In this document: positions 13,081-26,918 of the stretch, piece by piece
How positions within the stretch are numbered: position 1 is the first letter of the stretch
Layout of the letters: each line of letters begins with the position of its first letter
Assembly: GCA_036785375.1 (NCBI GenBank)
Contig: JAWMAR010000283.1
Span: 62,001-126,000 of the forward strand
Length of the DNA stretch: 64,000 nt
Reading direction: 5' to 3'
From: Leucoraja ocellata
Taxonomy: Eukaryota
The notes under the pieces: model-generated
Told to the model about the DNA's origin: nothing
Databases searched by the model: none
What the model saw: only the letters and a program-made list of their open reading frames with translations
Program-made: the position numbers and the translations under genes

Positions 13081-16000
13081 TGTGGTAGCAGTTTCATATA
13101 GGTCAGTTACATCATAATGACTGCCCCACTTCCAAAGCTTCTACTTTGGTGCCATACTTCACCCCTGACCAGGCACTGTGATCTTGCACTCATGCACAGT
13201 TATACACAGCAGGGGTAATGGCTAAGGTTGCAAAGAGCCAGAAGAAGCGATGTGTAACTTTAAAGCATTATTCAGACAAATTTATGTAATAAATTACTTG
13301 ATATAATGGTTTAGGAATATTGTCAGAAGACACTGGTTTAATAGAAAAGAATGATTCATGGTAATTACACCATTTCTGAGTGTTAAAGGTATTTTATTTG
13401 TACTTTAATTAGGAACCTTTGCTTATATTTCACTGTATACTTACTTAACTGTATAAAATGAACAAATGCGGGAAGTATATAATTATGTAAACTACTGGTC
13501 ACAGGCAACAATACATTGACACTTTATTTCATGTTATAAGCTAACCATAAAATTTACACTTTCCAATTGCAAATTATTTGTATGTGCGCTTGCTGCCGTC
13601 TTTAAAACTGAATTGGGAATCTCATGATATAACAACATGGAAACCTGGCTAATGAAACCAACCCATGTGGAAAGAAATTGACCTAAAACTTTCAATAAAA
13701 TCAAAACATTTGCAGCACATTCAAAGATTTCCCTGAATAATTATTAAAAGCATTGAATACCCAGGAGTTAGAGCAAAGCAAAAACCAAAATGAGTAAATG
13801 GAGAAATAAAAATAGCTTGTTAATTCAGATGTCAATTATAGACTTTTAAATTTGATTCATTCTCTAGAATCTCTTTAAATATATTTTCTATTTGATATGG
13901 AGGAAACTATTTATAATTTAAGTCTGGGTTAAAACAAGCAGGTGATTCAATATCTGAAATAAAGTTTAATTCATGATCTTGCATTTAACACCATTGCTAA
14001 AATGCTGTTCCAACATTGTTTTATTTTGTAATTTTATAACATACGGTTTAAGAGCCTTGGGGCATTGTAATAAACTAAAGACTTTTATACAAATCTAACC
14101 GCTGGTTTGTAGTGCAAAATTAGAAAGAATGTTGTCAAATAGAAAGTATATACACGCTTATAGTGTTCTGTGTGTTCTGCTATTTCAATTACTCTTTTAT
14201 AAATAATAACTCTGTGTCTAAATAGTTAATTATTGCCTCCCAGTAGTGTGACTTTACATGCAATATAGTGAGTCGTATTAAGTGTTATCATCAAAGCTGA
14301 CTTGAACATGTCGATGGTTTTATTGTATCATACTTGCAATTAACCAACCAAAAAATTGTGACTGTGGTGTCTAATAGGTATTTCAGATTAAGTACTGCTT
14401 CAGAAACAGGACACAAGATGTGTAACTTTCCCACAAAGCAATACCGTCTGAATCAACTAGTTTTGTTCTTGTTTCTTTTAACCAATGTGTAGAAATAATT
14501 TTGTATCTGACACTAAAAATTTTCCTTTGCGCAAAATAAAATACCCTGTAATAATTTTTGATGACCTTCTTGACATTTCCATTTTTATATAATTTTAAAG
14601 CGTTTAAGTTGTAACATTTAACTTACTAATTTACTTCTGATTTAATTTTCCAGATACTGTATATCTCCCAGTTCTAATAAATGACATGTGCCTTTAAAAG
14701 ACCTACACCATCTTTTTCTAAAAGGGCTCAATCAGCCATGAAATGGGTAATTGAACATTTGTTTCCACAACAAATTCCTAAAAATACATTGAAATTACAT
14801 TTATTTAGCAGCAGCTAAAATGTTAACTGCACACGTGAAATACATCCACAACTGCTGATAATATCTGGCTAACATCTTCCCCCATTTTGTTATAATAATA
14901 TCCTGGAGCATTGCTGAATAACTGATCTGTGCAGTGCCCCTCATTTCTAAATTATGGTTTGAATTAGTTAAAAGCACGTGTTACTGATTTGAGCCAAGAA
15001 TTTTCATTCTAGTTTACCAGAATGCCAGCCTGGCACGAACAAGGTCTTAGCTAGGTCAATGCTTAGGGTAAACAGCTTTCTAAATCCTGCCCATGTGAAA
15101 TCTTGTATAGCTTAGGTCAGGTCAGTTGGCTGCTGGCTTGTAGTTTTCTCAGCCACTGATTGGATTAGCAAAGCATTTATCAACTAAAAAGAGTCTAATA
15201 CTTGACCTGCGTTACTCCATGTTCAACTCTTTCTGAAGTTACATTCCATATTTACTGCTATTTGTTGAGTGCTGCATAAGCACTGGTGTTGATTAAACTA
15301 AAGGTTGGAAAAGATTTCAAAATAAATTGAAGCCAGATTTGAAAGGAATTAGACTGGCTAGTGATGTTTTGACCTATCTCAAAAAAAGGAAATGGCAAAG
15401 TGTGTATTGAAGACCTACTGCCATCCTCTAATGGATCAATAATGATAGCTGAAGCTGTTGGTTCTTCTAATCGGAGTAGAGGAAACCCCCTAATGCCAGC
15501 AGCAGGCTAGCCCAGACCAGTCCTGCAGCCTTGTCTTCCAGCACCAGGTAATTTTACAAATTACCTCTGCCCATGATGATGGGTGTTTGTTTGTATTGAA
15601 CATTAGAGATGAGTGGTTAGTGGCTGCAGAAGCATTGCAGCCTAAAACCACTCTGTAGTTAGTCTATTTTATTTGGGGAAGGATGATAGAGGGATGATAT
15701 TATTGAAAAATGTTTTTATTTTTGTGACACATAATTTAAACCAGAAGAAGAATCCGATAGTGGAAAAGTGAACCGGCTGTAAGCTGTTTTGGCCACAATT
15801 CGAATGGTGACTGGAATCACTCTGAGCAATAATCACTATTATTACAACGTAAAGAAAGTCATTTTTTTCAAAAAGATTTGGTTTACATCAGATTTGCTCT
15901 AGTGCTCTAAAAATATTTCCTATTTCTGTTATTTTTTTTGTAAAATAAAGTACATTAATACTTTAATCTATTCAATCCAATGCTGCATTATTGTGATTTA

Positions 16001-16240
16001 AAATGTTGGCATGATTACCTTTGTCCTATCATAATTTCAGTAAATACTATTTTCCTTATATTTGAAAAGTTCCATCTTTCCAATACAAGATACCTTTACC
16101 TTAAATGTAATATTTTGTCTATTTAAAATATAATTTTCTCATTATTTAAAAAATCAGATTATTTTTCAACTAATATAATAAATGTGAGCAGTGCAAGGTA
16201 AACGATAACTTGATAATTGATAACTGCATATATACAGAGT

Positions 16241-16990
16241 CATAGAAACATAGAAAATAGGTGCAGGAATAGGCCATTCGGCCCTTCGAGCCTGCACCGC
16301 CATTCAATATGATCATGGCTGATCATCCAACTCAGTATTCTGTACCTGCCTTCTCTCCATACCCCCTGATCCCTTTAGCCACAAGGGCCACATCTAACTC
16401 CCTCTGAAATATAGCCAATGAACTGGCCTCAACTACATTGTGTGGCAGAGAATTCCAGAGATTCACCACTCTCTGTGTAAAAAATATTTTTCTCATCTCA
16501 GTCCTAAAAGATTTCCCCTTTATCCTTAAACTGTGACCCCTTGTTCTGGACTTTCCCAACATCGGGAACAATCTTCCTGCATCTAGCCTGTCCAACCCCT
16601 TAAGAATTTTGTAAGTTTCTATAAGATCTCCCCTCAATCTTCTAAATTCTAGCGAGTACAAGCCAAGTCTATCCAGTCTTTCTTCATATGAAAGTCCTGA
16701 CATCCCAGGAATCAGCCTGGTGAACCTTATCTGTACTCCCTCTATGGCAAGAATGTCCTTCCTCAGATTAGGAGACCAAAACTGTTCGCAATACTCCAGG
16801 TGTGGTCTCACCAAGACCTTGTACAACTGCAGTAGAACCTCCCTGCTCCTATACTCAAATCGTTTTGCTATGAATGCTAACATACCATTCGCTTTCTTCA
16901 CTGCCTGCTGCACATGCATGCCTACTTTCAATGACTGGTGTACCATGACACCCAGGTCTCGCTGCATCTCCCATTTTCCTAATCGGCCAC
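16241..16990 (-). mobile_element. Young 5'-truncated CR1 LINE (ORF2 C-terminus and 3' UTR)
   Basis: Open 211-aa frame ...LYKVLVRPHLEYCEQFWSP...LEFRRLRGDLIETYKILKG...FFTQRVVNLWNSLP, with a (TTTCTATG)n tail at about 16241-16257. Confidence 0.95.
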
Positions 16991-17004
16991 CTAAGATTCC
17001 TAAA

Positions 17005-17092
17005 ATTGTTCTCCAGTGATGCTGACTAACCTACTGTTACTGCAGCTCTTTGCATCTTTTGTTTTGTAAGCCAGCATCTGCAGTTCCTTGGT
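17005..17092 (+). mobile_element. Penelope-like element terminal fragment
   Basis: GATGCTGACTAACC...CCAGCATCTGCAGTTCCTT is homologous to 52510-52585. Confidence 0.55.
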
Positions 17093-17404
17093 TTTGCCTC
17101 CTAAGATTGTTTTGGTACTGAACATTTGGGAGTATGGCATCTGAATTCTGTTCCTAATTGTGAACGTTTTCTTGGCTTCTATCTCTGTGTCTGTTTGTAG
17201 GGTTCATTAAATTCTTACCTGAACAGTTTCATAGTGACATTTTACTATTTCACTTGATATTTGTATCTTACTGGCTATATTTCATCTAAAGCAATCTTCA
17301 TTCAATCATTTGTTAGCTGTAAAGCTCTTTGTTGAAAGAGATGTGAAAGCTACCGTATAACCGTGTCTTTTTTCAAAATTCCACTAATAATTCTACTAAT
17401 GAAG

Positions 17405-18808
17405 GGGGGCACAGTGGGAGAGTTGCTGCCTTACAGCGCCAGAGACCCAGGGTCGTTCCTGACCACGGGTCTTGTCTGTATGGAGTTTGCACGTTCTCCC
17501 TGTGACCACGTGGATTTCCTCTGGGTGCTCTGATTTCAATCAATCAATCAATCAATCAATCAACCTTTATTGTCATCTTGCAAGCAACAGTTGTACAGTG
17601 CAACATGAAAAGACGTTTCCCAGGGAATAGCGGAGCATCGCACATGAAATTTAAAACGTTTCACACATAATAACACTAAAAACAATCCAGTCCCTGATGG
17701 AACAGTATAAATAAATAGTTAAAAGCAGGTAAAACACAACGTTAAAATACAATAAACCAATCATAAAAATGTCCGGGAGAGCTGATTTGAGTGGCCAGTG
17801 CCAGTATTTAAAGTGGCCAGTGCCAGTTATTAAAGTGTCCGTGCCAGCTGCAGAATCAAGTGACTGTAAGTACAGAGTGACTGTTTAGCAGCCTCACAGC
17901 CTGTGGTAGGAAGCTGTTTAGCAGTCTTGTAATCCGGGCGTTGATGCTTCGATATCTCTTGCCTGATGGCAGGAGATCCAGGTGTATGTGGAGGGGGTGC
18001 AGTTTGTCCTTAGCAATTCTCTGAGCTTTTTTCAGACAGCGGCTCTGGAACAGTTCTTGTACCGAGGGTAGGGAGACGCCAATGATCCTCTCTGCTCCCC
18101 TCACTACCCTCTGCAGAGCCTTCCTGTCCGAGCAGTTGCAGGTGGAGTACCACGTATTTATGCAGTACGTGAGTACAGAAGTCCTGAGGATGTTGGTGGG
18201 GAGTGAGGCCTGTTTTAGTTTCCTCAGGAAGTGCAGTCGCTGATGGGCCCGTTTGACGGTCCCAGTGGTGTTCCTGGACCAGGTGAGACTGTCTGGAATT
18301 TGCACACCGAGGACCTTTATGCTCTCCACTCTCTCCACTGCAGTGCCACTGATGTTGAGGGATGTATGCTTTGGCTGCGCCCTCCTGAAGTCGACAACCA
18401 TCTCCTTCGTTTTGTCGACATTTAATTCTAGATTATTTTTGCCGCACTAGTCCACTAGTTGTTTTACTTCCTCCCTGTACATTGATTCGTCATCTCCGCT
18501 GATGAGTCCCACCACTGTTGTGTCATCCGCGAATTTTATGATCTTATCGTCCCTGAATCTGGCAGCACAGTCATGTGTGAGCAATGTGAACAACAGCGGG
18601 CTGAGCACACAGCCTTGAGGGGAGCCGGTGCTCAGCGTGATCGAGCCTGAAATTTCCTTCCGCATTCCAAAGATGTACATGTTTGTAGGTTAATTAGCCT
18701 CTGTAAATTGTGCCTGGTGTGTAGGATAGATCTAGTATAGGGGTGATCACTGGTTGGCGTGGGCTGAAGGGCCAATTTTCACTGCATCTCTAAATTAAAC
18801 TAAACTAA
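17405..18808 (+). mobile_element. V-SINE split into 17405-17537 and 18652-18808 by a LINE insertion
   Basis: The 5' half ends ...GGGTGCTCTGATTTC. The 3' half resumes ATTTCCTTCCGCATTCCAAAGATGTAC...CTCTAAATTAAACTAAACTAA, contiguous with the SINE consensus seen in the other copies. Confidence 0.88.
17538..18651 (-). mobile_element. 5'-truncated Rex1/Babar-like non-LTR retrotransposon (RT C-terminus)
   Basis: RT motifs GSPQGCVLSPLLF and KFADD. One in-frame TAG (18447-18449, where W is expected) joins the two ORF-track ORFs. Continues KEMVVDFRR...QRLHFLRKLK, then AATAAA and a (TTGA)n tail at 17538-17563. Confidence 0.88.
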
Positions 18809-20959
18809 TAAGATTAAATTCCTAATTGAATATTTTTCAAGCTTGATGTAGCCATTTCTAAAAGAAATTACAATTTCCTGCAGTAGCTATCATTGTGAGT
18901 TTTGTGAATAAGATTCCCAATTTGTGTGTTTGTGATGATGAACAATTGGATTGCGATGCTCCGGTTGCAGAGAAAGAAGATGCTGACTCCCAAGCAGAGC
19001 AAGGTGCAAGACATGGAAGAACATTATTAACCTTGTTGTGCCATGTTACACCAACTACAAACTAGTTAAAGCTGGAATTAATAATTATTGTACTGAACTA
19101 CACAGATGTCCATTTATGATATATAGATTACAATATGCCCTAAGAAAACTTAGCAGGTTCCATGTACATTACCCATAATTTAGCAAATGTGCAACAGAGC
19201 TATGGTGTCTCAAACAATAGTTTTGATGCCTGCTTAAGATAGAGATAATACCATCTCTACACCCAAATGGAAAATTGTGTTAAAATGGAGAAAAAGTTGC
19301 AAGTCCACAAGTTGCAAAATTGCACACGGATCAATGAAAGAGATGACCAGATTTCTTTCAGTGCGAAAACAAAATGCTGAAATCTAAAATAGAAATGCAA
19401 TATGCAGAAATGAAAAACAACTAAATGCGATGAAAGGTCCAAATAAAACATTCACTGTATAGGTACTGTCTGCCTTGCACTGCATTGTCAGCAATTTCTG
19501 CATTTATAACCCGTTTTAGCAGTGTTGGTATTCTGGCACCCACCAGAGTTATGTGATACCGATATAGCAGATCTTAGACTATTTTCTTCCAGTTGATACT
19601 ACAACACATTTTAACTTGTTGTGTTGCAGATGTTACACTGTAATGTAAAAATGCATCAAGCAACCCAGTGAGTTTCAAGACAATGCAGAAACAGGATCCC
19701 AGTGATTTCCGAAGGACCATGTGAAACTGACCAAGTGTGTATTAAGGGAATGTGGGGAAAGAGGAACCAGGTGTGCTTTTTAGGAAATGGAGGATACAGT
19801 GGATTTCAAGGAAGTACTGGAGCTAGGGCCCTGGCATGCAAAACGATGAATGGGAATCTGCACACAGGGAGCCAGATGCCGTGAACCATCAGGATTTCCA
19901 AAAAAGATGGTATGGTAGATTATTGGAATTGTCCTGCCACTGTTGACCTGAACACTGAGGTATGCGGGAAGTTAACTACTCCCCTGCAAATAATGGAATG
20001 AAGTCTTACATTTCTTAACATTTCTATGTTATGTGACTCTTCTGACAGTATTTTAATCCCTGAATAGTAAATTGTTGAATCAGCACTGCTTGTACAAGTC
20101 CCATGAGTTTAGTCTGACTCAATGGCAAGATCTCTCTGGCTGAGCCAATGCCAATATTGCCTTCCCCTGCACCTCTCCGCCACCAATTGCTGGTAATTTT
20201 TTTATTAATATCCATTACAAAATGCTACTGCTTTTATTTCTTTATCTACGTAATTCAGGGAAATGTGCTTTTCTGAAAATGTCATGCATGCTGGTTGATT
20301 CCTTTCCTCAACTCAAAGAACTATGGGAGTGATCAGAATTTGATTTTCCCTTTCTTTGCTGAAACATGTCTTGAGTGCTAAATGCTGAACCTGGAAACTT
20401 ACTGTTCTCATAAAATTGAGTGCTACATCAGGCAACGGGAAAGGTAGGCTTAGAACTCTGGCAATGTAGATGCTTGAAACAAAGTCTAGATCCATAGGGG
20501 AGCTGAAGATTTAACCTGAGATTTTATAAATATTTGTGCAAAATTTCTTGAAGCGCCGTTGATTTAGTACCATCTTGTACAACGGTTGCATCATTCAGGA
20601 AGTTGCCAAATGTCAACAAATCAGGTGTTTCGTATTTTAACATTCAATCACAGTGCTGACATGGTCAGCATCAATCTTTACTATTTTTAATAGTTTGTCC
20701 TCTCTGTCCTAAACCCCTGACAGCCTCATATTTATATCCTTTTAGTTTGGAGCACTCATGAGAAAAGTCTGTTTCGACCAATTCTAATCTGTCTCTGTTC
20801 AGATATATAAAACACAAATAGAAATGTGTTGCTTCTGTTTGTTTGTTCTGAATACATTACTCATTTCTTCTTCCCGAATAAGTACAGAGCAGTTCAACAT
20901 TCTGTATGTTTTTGCATTTTCAACTAATTGAAATTGTGAGTTGATAATCATAAAAGATT

Positions 20960-21850
20960 TTCAATTAGCTTTTTGCTATGTTTTTTTATCCTGGAAAGGG
21001 AATGAAACCCAAATTGGACAAGAGCTTTTGAATGTCCACATGAGGAAGGCAGCATCTAAAATTCTCATTGTCATGTTCTTGTCTCCTGCTCTCACAACAG
21101 CAGACTCCCAAGAAATTGTTGATTTTATATGTGAATTACATTCCTCCACATTTCTGAGCTTTATGGATGGCTTTGTAGTCATCTTGCTTGTTCCTTGTAA
21201 GGGGGAGGAACTGAAATTCTCCTGCGACTGTTATTTTTGTACTATTGCCTATTCTGAGAAGAAAATAAAGTGGCACAAAAATATGCGTAAGACTCTGTTT
21301 TTTATGGACGTTGCAGATCTCATTCTCTTCTGACGGTATGTTTAGCAGTTTTCACAAGGCCCCATGTCAAGATTCTGTGCAGGAGGATTGCGTTTTTTTT
21401 CGAGGGTCGTTGAATTTTTCTAGTTTCATAAAATAATTAGGGTCCAATGTTATCATGCAGAATGATCCTGTCAATTTTTTTTTTCAAAAAAAATCATAAT
21501 TTGGCTATTCACCACTTGGAGCACCCATTATTTTTATTATTTGGACGTTGGGGCAGCCTGAGTGTTGTAGCTCGCATGTAATGTTTGCGTGAATTGATAT
21601 GATTATCTGCCACAGTTTCAAAAACTCCAAAGGCAAATCCAGGAATGTGAAAACTTATTTTAATCTGCCAAATATATCCCCCTAATTGCATTATTTTCCA
21701 TAGGATAACTCGTTGTCAAAAGTGGAATATGCTCACAATTAGAATGCAACTTCTCTGACCCCTGGGGTTCCTGCTTGCCATTCATTGAGCTTGTGCTTAT
21801 TCAAATGGCACATCACAATATAGCTCTTGTATCTTCAAGCCAATCCTGAA
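20960..21850. promoter_or_regulatory. Candidate conserved non-coding elements
   Basis: Unique, TE-free sequence in a bystander-gene intron with homeodomain and TCF-like motifs. Conservation is inferred only. Confidence 0.35.
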
Positions 21851-22401
21851 GGAAATAAACTATATCTCTGTATTCTCTTGCCTCACGTTGTACCCTTGGG
21901 GACTGACTGTAAGATCATCTAATTCAGCTCTCCAATTAATTTTAACTTTTGTTTATTTTATCATTTAAAAAAATCTTTAGTCTGCTTATCTATTGGAAAA
22001 CTGTCATAGACCTGGGTCATTCTCACTCTGTGTCCCATCATCTAACTTTTGTTTAAAATTAGAATGTTTTTTTTAATCATGTGAACTCCAGGATCAGATT
22101 CTATTGCTGAGCTATGCATGATTATAGTGGCAGTACATGGGAAATATTCGTAAAGGTAATGATGCCTGTCACTGCTGAATGGGTTGTGGTCCTACTAGGT
22201 GGTCTTACAGATCTGGGATTTGTAATGGTTGTGGCATCCATTTAAGGGCCACATATATTTTGGGTGGTAACCTGCATGGTACGCATGTCTATTACTTGAG
22301 ACTAGATTGACTTGAGCCTTACATTGACCCTTAGATTTAGTGAAAATATAATCCTTCATTGTGCAGCATTCTTTGAATGTTGAGAAGCTAAGGGTTTTGC
22401 A

Positions 22402-22710
22402 GGGGCGGCACAGTGGTAGAGCTGCTGCCTTACAACTCCAGAGACACGGGTTCAATCCTGACTATTGGTACTGTCTGTACAGCATTTGTACCTTTTCCCC
22501 TTGTCCGCATGGGTTTTCTCCGGGTACTCTGCTTTCCTCCCGCATTCCAAAGACGTACAGGTTTGTAGGGTAATTGGCTTCAGTAAAATTGTAAACTGTT
22601 CTTAGCGTGTAGGATAGTGCTAGTGTAGGGGGTGATTGGTGGTCGGCACAGTGTCAGTGAGCCGAAGGGCCTGTTTCTGCGCTGTACCTCAAGTCTAAAG
22701 TAAAATCTAA
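22402..22710 (+). mobile_element. V-SINE (HE1-like), near full length
   Basis: B-box GGTTCAATCC, V-domain, and GCCGAAGGGCCTGTTTC tail. Confidence 0.9.
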
Positions 22711-23039
22711 TATAGGGGCCCTACTAACAGCTAGTGAGCAGGTACAAAACCAATTAAAAAAGCTGATATGCCGTTACTTTGTGGTTGATGATATCTTGAG
22801 GGAAAAACTGTTTAAAGTTTTATAAAGTTCTGGTCAGACCTGACTGAGAGCACTCTTCCCTTCAAAAAATTGTTGAGGCTGTTTGAAAAGCTTTCTAATC
22901 TCTAACTAAGAGATTCTTATTACGTAAGAAATATTGAACAAAGGGAGGTAAATTGGGTTGAATTACCGATCAGCCACGATGGAAATAAATGACAAAAAAA
23001 GGATGTAAGTGCAAAATTTCACTTGGTATCCGTTTCAAA

Positions 23040-24520
23040 TTGGAATTTGTTAATAAAACACAAAATGTCCTTCTCATGACAGCATTATTAATTTCAATTA
23101 GTATATTTTATAAGAATGAGCTTCATGACATTATAAATATCTTCCAAAACTACTGTTTAATTAACCAGACCAATATACATTTTTTTTAAAGTGCAGTTTG
23201 CACATACTGTTCAACAATATAGCAGTTTATAGGGAGGGCAAACATAATGCAAGTGACAAAATATGGCCACATTAATGTTTGAAATGAGCATAAAGCCATG
23301 CTGAACAATGTGAGCAAGTATGCGTTGCCTATTATCCTGATAAAACCTCTGTTTAACATTGCAATGTATATCCACATAATGCACTGGCATACTGTGTGGT
23401 GGTCCCCTCAAGGGAAGCTTTTGACTTTGGGTTCTTTAGGAGATACTTTGTGTTCCCCATAGCAATGCTTTAAAGCTTCTTTAATTCTGGCAATTTGGAT
23501 GCTAGGGGGCAGTGAAGGCTGCAGCTTGCTCCAGAGACCATGGAGGTAGTTTTCAATGAAGACGGTTTAAATTGCGTGATGTAGGAGGGTTCAACGCATT
23601 TCGAGAATATTGTAGAGGACATAACTTCCTGAAGTTTTCCTTTCTTGCTTCTTTACACAAACAGGTCTGAATATCCTGTTTGTGAATTTATCTGGCACTT
23701 TTAACTGCCTGTGTGGATAACAGCCAGGTCCCAGATGTCAGGGGAAAAGGTTGTAAACGTGCAAGGCACTCTCCGATTATGTAGATATCATCTTGCAGTG
23801 GCCTTGAAATGGCCTTCCAGTTCAAACCCTAAAAATAAACACCTATTAATCATCTGATGGTAACATTCCTTGACCACTGCTTTGAGTATGGAGACCCCAA
23901 ATCAGCTTCCTGCAATAGCTGGCCTCATACACCCTGTCACCCAGGATAAGAAACAGTTTGCGTGGCAATTTTTTTCCTGTAAAGAGACTGGCTCTAACTA
24001 GTTATTTTCAGCCATCTCTAAATGGCCTTTCACTGATATATGACGCAAAGTCTTTGATACTGCACAATTTACGCTTTGTCCATATTCTTTTGGAGAAAAA
24101 ATAGCAAGGAAAAAACAAACTTTGTCCTAAAATTTTGTGACTAATTTAATCTGCTGGCAGGAGTGATACTCAGCCTTGAAAATAAAAAGCTTTTCTGTTG
24201 AGAAGGCACACCTTTCTATTTCTCTTAAGTATGTTTTGATTGATTTTTTTTCTCTCTTTTTTCTTGTAAAGGGCACATTTGACTTGGGTGGTATTTCAAT
24301 GCCATTTTTCTTGTGTTGACGTTATTGTAATTAGTGATTCTGTGTGTAACCACACAATTGTTTTGCTTTGAAATCTTACTAATGATGATAAAGGCCATTG
24401 AAAACTCGGTCATTAAATAAAAAGCTACAAAAAGGAATGTTAAGGCATAATGCAGGTGCATGTATGATGTATCTATTCAGTACAACACGGTGTTAATCAG
24501 GGAGAGAGAGATGTGGCTTG
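23040..24520. promoter_or_regulatory. Candidate conserved non-coding elements (about 23040-23470 and 24260-24520)
   Basis: TGACAG next to ATTATTAAT and TTAATTAA homeodomain clusters, and RFX-like GTTCCCCATAGCAAT (23452-23466), in unique sequence. Confidence 0.4.
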
Positions 24521-26918
24521 CTAGTACATAGAGGCATTCAAGATTTTTTTACAGAACTGTAAACTTGAGAATTATTTGGTGAGGAGATGAATGTTTTTGG
24601 CTTTAGCATGGAGAGTGTTTTACGGACATTCTCTGGTATTAAGGGACATGAATATCTGGCAGTGTTGTAGTTCTAGAGGAAATTTTGACAGTCATGGTGG
24701 TGATGGAAATGTTTTTCACATATCTGCGACTGAGAGAAAAAAAGCTTGTGGTCTACCGAGGGAAATGTGTAATGCTGTGGAAGTGCTGTTTCACTGAATG
24801 TGTTGTACCTGTGTGATAGGCACAATTCTTCAACAGTTTGTACAGTGAGTTCCTGATCTCAACCACATTATTGGATAGCTAAGTGATTCAGGCTGGGTGA
24901 AAAAATATGGTGGTCCATTCATGCTTGCTAGCTAGCTAATTATAGAGGTTAAATAATGAAATAAGTTTTCCAATCTAATCTTTCTGCCGAAGAATACCAG
25001 GCAACTTAATGAACACTGTGGAGAAAATAAATAATATCAATGTTTTTTATTCAAAGTGCGGCACGCTTATAAAATAGATTCCTTAGTATTTCTGTTCAAG
25101 ATCACAACACAGTTGGCTAAATCATGCTGCTTGTTTAATATCATTGTGTTAAATTGATTCTTAGTGCTTTGTTTACTCACCGGAGAAAGAAATCTAACTT
25201 TGGTTTGTTTAAAGACAGTTCCCTTTTGAAGTAGCTTAGAAAGTGATTGTGTTTCATTTTATTTCTTGTTCTCGTAACCTGCTCGTGTAGGATGTGGCTT
25301 GTCGGTGCTTTTGTGTGTCAATTCCCAGATTGGAACAAGCCATATACAGACCTTCCATCTTTAAAGCATACTGGATCCATGTGAAGACTCCACAAATTAT
25401 GAACAGACCAAACAAAATTCCATCTTGATTGCACTTCAGCATGTAAATTGACCAGACGCTCGCCATTTGAAAGAGGACATAAATAACGCTACTGAAAAGT
25501 TCATAGAGTGTGCCACAGATGTAAACGTTTGAGACGCTGTTACATCTTTTATGAAATAATGTTTCATTTCATAACTTACCTACTGATATCAGTAGAGTTG
25601 TGCTCAATTTTTTTTAAGGACATTTCTTTTCTTAGATAGGTAATTTTCAAACTCGCTTTTGTTGATAATAACATCAACAAAGTTATGTATTATTGAGTGC
25701 TCAGGATATGGGTTTATTGAAGCAAAATAGTGCACAACTCATCTCATTTGACAAATTTTATTTGGCTAAATTTGCCACCTATCTTCTTTCTATTACATGC
25801 TTAAAGATTTGTCTGCAAATTTGCATTGTATTCTGGCAGTGAACTCTGTTCAGTAAGTGATTGAAAAGTACTTATCTGAAAACCCTCCAACTGCTGCAGA
25901 TTATCTTATTCCTGAAAAACTTGACACAAATTTACCCACTTTCTCCAAAATGCTCACTCCATTGTCAGTTGGTTTTGGTCTTGCCTTCCCAATTTGGGCC
26001 CTTGCAAACACTGGAGAGCTTGGCAGTCTACTACTAGTCCTAGTTCTTTGAAATTACCTGCCAATGTTTATCAGACTGCTTCACCTCTCTTTTTATTCTG
26101 TCATCCCAAAGGGAACTTGCAAGTTTCTGTTGAAAGGTCACCACAAATGCTGCCTGACTTGCTGAGTATTTACAGCATGCTATGTTTTATTTAAGGTCTA
26201 TGGTAGGATAAAACATAAGTAAAAGTTGAAGGGTGTGGTTCAAAAGATCATGTGATAAGAGTAGAATTTGGCCATTTGGCCCCAAGTTTACTGCGCCATT
26301 CAATCATGGCTGATCTATTTCTCCCTCTTAACCCCATTCACCTGCCTTCTTCCCAGAGATGGTTATGGTGCAACAAGGCATGAAAGATGTGTCTAGAAAT
26401 GTAAAGGACAATAGAGTGTAAATGAAATTACTTAACACAAGTGTTCATTCCAGAAGGCTATTACATGCCTAGTCAAAGGTTAAGGTGCTGCTTGCCAAGC
26501 ATATATTGAACTTTATTGGAGCAGTACAGGTGCCCAAGAACAGAGGCAGAATTCAAGTAAAAGGACTAGAAGCTCAAGGTCTTATATGCGCACTGAATGA
26601 ATTTGCAAACTTATTATCTAATCAGTATTTGGTTTGCTAAACATGAACATATCACCAGAATGCCTAGTGGAAAGGGCAGGATCGATGGAATTGAAGGTAG
26701 CATCATGCTGAAGTGTTCAAAGATAATCATTTGAATGGGGTGGCTGGTGGGAAAGAAGATGAGGTGCTTCATTTCATGTGTATTTACCTCTTTGACCAGG
26801 CTGCCATTTGAAAATGAATCCAATGCTCTCGTTGATTCCTTTGTTAACTTAAAAATTTAAGTGCAATCCCTTAAAAAATCCATGCCAACTATCACAGATT
26901 GATCATAGTATAAGACGC

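Noticed and set aside
23496-23514. CTCF-like GGATGCTAGGGGGCAGTG, plus weaker matches near 8205, 34140 and 49565
   Set aside because: They lack the conserved 5' CCA/CCG positions and are too weak to call without data.
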